From: Eledone cirrhosa
Taxonomy: Eukaryota
DNA: 64,000 nucleotides
Assembly (NCBI GenBank): GCA_964016885.1
Contig: OZ024742.1
Coordinates: forward strand, 113,398,001-113,462,000
Direction of reading: 5' to 3'
Shown here: piece by piece, positions 57,449-64,000 of the stretch
Layout of the letters: every line of letters begins with the position of its first letter
How positions within the stretch are numbered: the stretch's first letter is position 1
Translations under genes and position numbers: made by a program
Notes under the pieces: generated by a model
What the model saw: the letters and a program-made list of their open reading frames with translations, nothing else
The model's database searches: none
Told to the model about the DNA's origin: nothing

Positions 57449-59447
57449 TATAACATGTGATTGTAAGTTCATTATTTACATCAATGTATCACTTAAGACT
57501 AGCAGTTTGAAATTGTGGTATACATCAGCAGCTCCGCTTGTATATTTGGGGTCTATATTCTAAGGGGACTCTTTTATATTAGTTGTCGGAATTGTAAAAT
57601 GGATGGGTTGGGGAGTTAAGAGAATTTGAAAATGGCCTGAGAGTCAGGGATTGAAGGTTAAAAATTAGATAATTTATAATTTACGCAGTAAAAGTAAAAG
57701 ACTTGGGATCTCGTAGAAGCTCCTTAAAAAATCCCTCAATAAGTGCATAAAGCTTACAAGCCCCAATAAACTTAACAAACTAGAAGAGATTAAGAGACTA
57801 ATAAAATAAAATAAAATAAAATAAAATAAAAAAATAAAGATATAAAGTTTCCCTAAAAAAATATAAAGTTTCCCAAGAAGTTCCCTCGAGAGAAAAAAAT
57901 GTCTGTCGAAAGAAAAAAACTTTCTTCCCCAGAGATCTCGTTAAAAAATTTCAGAAAATTTACGTGAACTCTGAACTTTTAAACAAGACCAAATGTGCCT
58001 GGAGCTATGCAGATGACTACATACGCATAATGGATATAGCGCCCACAAGGTCACCTCTATTGTTTATCCTGCTGTATGTGTGTAAAGTATCCGTGCGTGG
58101 GATATCCCTGAGTACATTTTCTTGACTATCAATTGTTAATTGTTTGTTTGTTAATTACGCAGGGGTATACCATTATGTCTTTGTTAATCATATGTGATGC
58201 TATATGTGTGTAAAGTATCCGAGAGCGGTATATCCCTGAGCTAATTTTGCTTGACCGTTAATTGTTTATTGATATTTTGTTAATTAGGCAGGAATATATT
58301 ATTATGTCTATGTTAATCCTGTATCAATCATTTTGTAGTAATTTTTAATCCTGTATCAATAGTTTTGTGATAATTTTGTAATAATTTTATAATAATTTTA
58401 TAATAATTTTGTGATAATTTTATAATAATTTGTTGATAGTACATTATTAGATTACTAAAGATACCTTATACCTTCTTAAAAATACTTTTTATAATTATTG
58501 TTTTTTAAAAATACATTTTATAATTATTGTCTTTTTGCTTATGTATTTTCTTACTTATAATTTTCTTTAATCTTGCCCAACTTGATAAGCTCTTTGAATT
58601 GCTCCCTAATTAAATTACTTAAATTTCTTAAATTATTTTATCTATTATACCTAAGTTGTATCTGTTGAAGCAGCCCTTTGAAAATTCTTCGGATATCCCA
58701 AATACCGTAATTTTTAACTTTTAATTTATAATTTTTCTCAATTCGTTTATATATATCCTTAAAAGCTCTCTAAAATGTTAATTCATCGAAGGGTCTCTCG
58801 GAGGAGGTTCCTATTAAAAATATTAAAGGGGCCTTTTCTGAGGGATTTATTGAAGGCTTTTTGAATTAACCTTTAATTGATTAGTTTCTTTCAACTTAGT
58901 AGAGATTATGAAAACTTCGTAAATTTTCTGAAATTTTTTAACGAGATCTCTGCGGAAGAAAGTTTTTTTCTTTCGAAATAAATGTTTTTCTCTCGAGGGA
59001 ACTTCTTGGGAAACTTTATATTTTTTTAGGGAAACTTTATATCTTTATTTTTTTATTTTATTTTATTTTATTTTATTTTATTTTATTTTATCTTATTTTA
59101 TTAGTCTCTTAATCTCTTCTAGTTTGTTAAGTTTATTGGGGCTTGTAAGCTGTATGCACTTATTGAGGGATTTTTTAAGGCGCTTCTACGAGATCCCAAG
59201 TCTTTTACTTTTACTGCGTAAATTATAAATTATCTAATTTTTAACCTTCAATCCCTGACTCTCAGGCCATTTTCAAATTCTCTTAACTCCTCATAATTTT
59301 ACAATTCCGACAACTAATATGAAAGAGCCCCCTTAGAATATAGACCCCAAATATACAAGCGGAGCTGGTTATGTATACCACAATTTCAAACTGCTAGTCT
59401 TAAGTGATACGTTGATGTAAATAATGAATTTACAATCACATGTTATA

Positions 59448-59494
59448 TGCCTTGAAAAGTCCCGGCATGTGGTCGGACGAAACGGCTGTCGGCA
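59448..59494 (+). ncRNA. type I hammerhead ribozyme, U3-A8 variant
   Basis: tgcc TTGAAAA gtcc-cggcatgtggtc-ggac GAAA cggctg TC ggca. Predicted cleavage after C59490. Confidence 0.82.
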
Positions 59495-59784
59495 ATAAAC
59501 TTGTTATAATGTCATAATAGTTCCTTTGTTCTTTTTCATTAATATTTCTGCTCTGCTTATACGCATATAGCTTCACTAGCTACCGTCGCATATTTGGTAT
59601 GTCAGACGTGATCATCGCGATTCCCATACGACCTGCCATACATCTTGCTTATATATATATATATATATATATTTATTAAAATACCATATTAAAGTGTAAG
59701 CAAATAATCGCTGCTTTCACCCTTAACGGGATCTTCAGAAACTAATTGATATATATATATATATTATATATATATATATACATT

Positions 59785-59868
<84 letters not shown>

Positions 59869-60204
59869 CACACACGCACATATTGTAAAGAGGATTGATA
59901 TTCGTTTGCTTGTTTCTTGTTTCTAGATATTTCTAATATTATACAAACCACAAAATTGCATATCATATTATTAAATAATTAACGATGTCCATAACCACAT
60001 AGCTTCGTAATCTTCTAAAATTGTACTTTTAACCAAGCATCACTTAAGGTAACACTGTAACCCCGTTTTCTGAGAGAAAATCGAGAGCGGTTACTATAGG
60101 TATTTAATAATCTAGTTACGAAATTCTCTCCCAATTTATTTATGGGGAATTATTGTCATTAACTGTAACATTATGGCTTCCTATACGTATTTGATTTAAT
60201 TTTT

Positions 60205-62550
60205 TTTCTGTCGTTTTGGAAGCCTCAACAATGCAGATGGTTAAATCTCCGGGTAACAGCACCCGGTGGTGAAGATAAAGATGTAAGGGAATGTAGAATG
60301 AGATGTATAATGTGTAGAACAACGTAGGAAAGAGCGTAACAAATAAAAAATATCGAGATTTAATTGTCCCTATATTTCGGATTCGCATCCATCAACTGGG
60401 AGGTTTTCCGGGGCGGGGGTTGGTGTTATATGTCGGAGAGGAACGGTACGTGGCCTCTGTTGTCGCTGTTTGTGTGTAAATGAGAGCGCACGTGCGCGCG
60501 GAATAAGTGCGGTCAAGCAAAGGTCAAAGCAGCTCCTTTTTATTGTAGAGTGTGATGGCGTTAGCTGTCAATTCATTGTACTACCTATATGTACTGGTCT
60601 TTGGTAGTAGCAGTGTGGTAGTCTGTCTGGTCGCTTGTTGGTCGGTGGATGGTGGGGGCACTAAACACACAATAACCATCGTGCGAATGCCACTCTATGT
60701 GTGTGTGCGTGTGTCCTTGTCTGGTTTGTTTACACCAGCCACCTCGTCCCGCTTCTCTCAGATCGGTTTTTTTATTTGTGGTCCTAGGCGTTTGATCCAA
60801 AGTGCTTCCTTGATTCATAACGTGCCAACGTTGTGTTCTGTCGCTAGCACTGTGACAATGGACCTTCCGTCTTTGTTTCCGCATTTGGTTACGTGTTTCC
60901 GGAAAGACGAGGCCTTGGTGTTGATGTGCTCCTTGATCCGGATATGTAGCGGCCGGATTGTGCTACCAATATAGTAGCGGTTGCACTGTTCAGAGTCTAT
61001 CTTGTATACAACGTATGTGCGTAAGCAACAGTTAGTATGGCGCATCGGACAGTTTCTAAGGGAACATGTGTCAGTCGATTTCCCGCGATTCCTGGGGAGG
61101 CATCTCCGTAAGGGGGGCGAGTGGGCCGGGTGGATGTCGAGGCCCTCTTTCCGTATAGCCCTGCGGATAGCGTTGGTGGTTTTCTTGCCCAAGTGTGGGG
61201 ATTTGTGAAAGCCTTGTGTATTTCTCTGCCTCTTACTCTGTTTGTAAGCGAGCCTGGGTATTGGGTCGTCTCCAGCACCCTGATGAATCGTTAGGTGATC
61301 GCTACATCTGTTTTTAATTTGCGTGTTGTCGTTCCCGATGTACCCTCTTTTAGCACTGTTAGGGAGGTCAGACTTGTATTGGAAGAACAAGTCTCTGCAG
61401 GCTGCCTTGCGGTAGAGGTTGGTGTGGATCCCTCCCTGCTCCGTGATGTTGATTCTGAAGTCGAGGAGAGTAAGGGTCCCGCGTCGTTAGGGGGTTCAAC
61501 ACTGAAATCAATGTTCTCGTCGGTGTTGGTGAACGCCTCATGAATTCCGTTCGCATCTCCTGGGAAGATGTGAGGAAGAGGTTGTCATCCACGAACCTTG
61601 AGAACAAGGCGACGGCGTTGGAGTGGCAGGTGTTGAGTGCCTTTCGCTCGAGGCTGTCCATGTATGAGATCGCTAGTACACCCGACAGGCTTGAGCAAAT
61701 GGACAGCTCCGAGGTTTGCCGGTATGTTTGTTCGAGAAAACCGAAATACGTTTTGTCAACGACGACGGATAGCAGCTGGTGGATGTCAGTGGGGGTGAGC
61801 CCGAAGCAGTTTAGGGCGGTAGATTGAACGAGTTCCATCAGTATATCAACGGCCGGCAACGCCTGGACCGAGGTGTAAAGAATGACCACATGAAGGCTGA
61901 AGCCATACCTGTTAGCTTTTCTGGTGTCGGGATCCATTTGATGCAGGCGCTCCAACACACCCTCGTAGCTGTTTACGTGTCCCGGCAATGTGTCTAGGAT
62001 GGGTTTGAGTATTCTGGCTAGGACCCATGGAATTTTGTAGAGCGGTCCTTCCACGCTCGATACAATAGGTCTGATATTCAGGTCGCGTTCCTGTTTGTGT
62101 GTTTTCACAAGGTGGTAGAAGGCGTGTAGTCTGCTCTTCCTCGTGAGGAGGTTGTATCTGAGCTTCTTCGGGAGCTTCGGCCGGTCACAGATGTTGGTCT
62201 AGGCGGCGTTGATCTGCGCGGGAGTGATTCCTGTGACTTTGGAGTAGAGGTTGACGTTGTCATGGTGTTGGAGGGGCAGGGTATTATAGACCTCTCTGCT
62301 GATGACGCAGAATTAATTTCCCTTGTCGGAGGGGTGGTAGATGAGGTTCTTCGATTTCAAGTTGGAGAGAGTGGTGAGTTGAGATTTAGTGAGGTTGTGT
62401 GTTGTGCGTATGTGCGTGTTTTTGTGTAGGATATCAGAGATGGAGTGTTTTAACCTGAAGAATTTAGTGTCGAGTTCGTGGTTGGTAGGTGGGGGTGAAG
62501 TGGGTTGTAGAGGTGGTAAGAGGGAACCTTGGGGCGCGTTATAATTATTT
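60205..62550 (-). mobile_element. Penelope-like retroelement (Penelope/Poseidon-like RT + GIY-YIG), near full ORF with frameshifts
   Basis: PSDKGN, FYHLVKTHK...IRPIVSSVEGPLYK, LYTSV, YFGF...YRQ...SSLSGVLA..YMDSLE, RFVDD, YKSDLP.SAK and YVVYKI....CNRYYIGSTIRPLHIRIKEH. Confidence 0.92.
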
Positions 62551-62994
62551 AAACGATGGTTTTCACGAAGGAAATTCATATTTTATTCTGAAACAAGACT
62601 ATATATAAATAATGTTCACTATTTAAATCGAGCAAAACGCATTTCTAATCTCGTTAGCTACTAGGGAAGTAGATACTTACAACTCTCGTGAGTTATATAG
62701 ATATAATTTCCACCGTGTATTAACAGTATAATCAACTGAGATGATTAGCAACAATATATTTTCTGGAAAATGGGTTTCCTGAGAATTATATTGATCTCGA
62801 TGACAAAGAAACAGTCTGGGAACAAAAGGAAATCGTAGCATTTTCATTATAAATTGGAGATAATAAATGGGAATCTAGCAATTGAACGATAGTAGTTGTG
62901 TCATATTTTTTGCTTATTTCGCTTTAATGCGTTAGATTTTCACAAATTCTTTTGCACAGAAAAAATATGATTTGAGCTATAAAAATCGAGATTT

Positions 62995-64000
62995 ATATAT
63001 AACCATCAGTGGTACCCTACGGTGCACGGGATAAGGTATTTTAGAACGCGGCCCGCCAACAGACCTTATCGTTTAAAAATTGCATGCCTGGACAATATGT
63101 AAATAAAATAAACCAAATACTCTGATGGCTGGATAATCTTTCAGATTTTCCTCGATGAAGCAGGAAAAATGCAGGTCTTCACCTAATGTGGGCCCTAGGC
63201 CATAAAAAAGTTGGATTTTATTTGCTCACGATATGAAGAAGAGACTGATTAATACATAGTTACAATTTCTAGGAAATCGGTCGGACGTAACACCTCAAAA
63301 AACCCCTAAAAACCTGAAACAAAACGCAGTTTTTCACATAATGCGGGCCCCAAAGAACCAAACAGTTGAATTGTTTTATTTGAATAACACTCCATGAAAC
63401 ATAAGTAATACACATGTAAAGATTGAACAAAGTCGGTTAAGTACTTCTCCATTTATTTTATAATTCAAACTCACACACACACACACACGCACACACGCAC
63501 ATACACACGCATACACACACATCCTCAGGGAAGGTACGTAATGCAGACAGGCAGACATACAGACAGATATTATAAGGGCCCGTTCTGGGCGCAGAGGGAA
63601 TTCTGGGAAGAGACGTAATGCAGATAGCCAGACATACAGACATTATAAGGGCTCCACGTTATATACATGTATCTATCTAATAAGAACAAGACTAAGAATT
63701 ATAGAGAGAGATTGCTAAATCACCTTATGACGTCTCTAGGTCATTGAAGATTTGAAATTTTGTTTGGCTCAGAACACTCACTGAAACATAAGTATTACAT
63801 GTGTAAATATTCAAAATAGTCGGTTGGGTGATTCTCGAGTTGTAGGGATTCAAACTCACACATACAAACATCCTTAGTTTTATATATATAGAGACTAGCA
63901 GAAAACCACCCACCGGGTGGTTTTCTGCTAGTCTATATATCTAAAACAGAGAATGTCTGTCTGTCTGTCAGCTCACTAAAACTTGAGAACGATCCAACCG
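62995..64000. mobile_element. cluster of non-autonomous Helitron-like elements
   Basis: TC(TA)nAAA starts followed by (GTCT)/(GTAT) repeats and an ...AACCGA motif on plus (63932-64000) and minus (63730-63893; ~63330-63580). A CTAG-terminated hairpin lies at 63893-63933. Confidence 0.55.

Larger units (their letters stand above)
57351..59650. mobile_element. non-coding element with about 615-bp inverted arms (57351-57964 / 58918-59545), each with an HHR; inverted-pLTR architecture
   Basis: The arms are close reverse complements. The 950-bp spacer has ~130-bp and 11-bp tandem repeats. The right arm extends ~100 bp further; both ends meet (TA)n. Confidence 0.88.

Overview
AT-rich eukaryotic, repeat-dominated DNA. 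The SINE families and dense (TA)n/(GA)n/(CA)n microsatellites look like an octopod cephalopod genome; this is inference from recalled repeat motifs. I find no convincing host gene, and most ORFs in the track are microsatellite artefacts. The window holds decayed transposons: a hAT/Buster transposase, several Penelope-like retroelement (PLE) copies or fragments, RTE and CRE-like LINE fragments, tRNA-derived SINEs and Helitron-like elements. The main signal is non-coding: many type I hammerhead ribozyme (HHR) motifs in short elements anchored in (TA)n tracts. The best case is a near-identical tandem array of a 317-bp unit (34750-37803, about 9.6 copies, plus an inverted 1.3-unit head at 34347-34751). 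Every complete unit carries a well-formed hammerhead with a variant U3-A8 core, i.e. a retrozyme-like element. Other apparently intact HHRs lie at 10586, 13207, 28629, 34096, 57402 and 59448, and one HHR is split by a nested LINE+SINE insertion. All structures were folded by eye, and catalytic activity is inferred, not shown.
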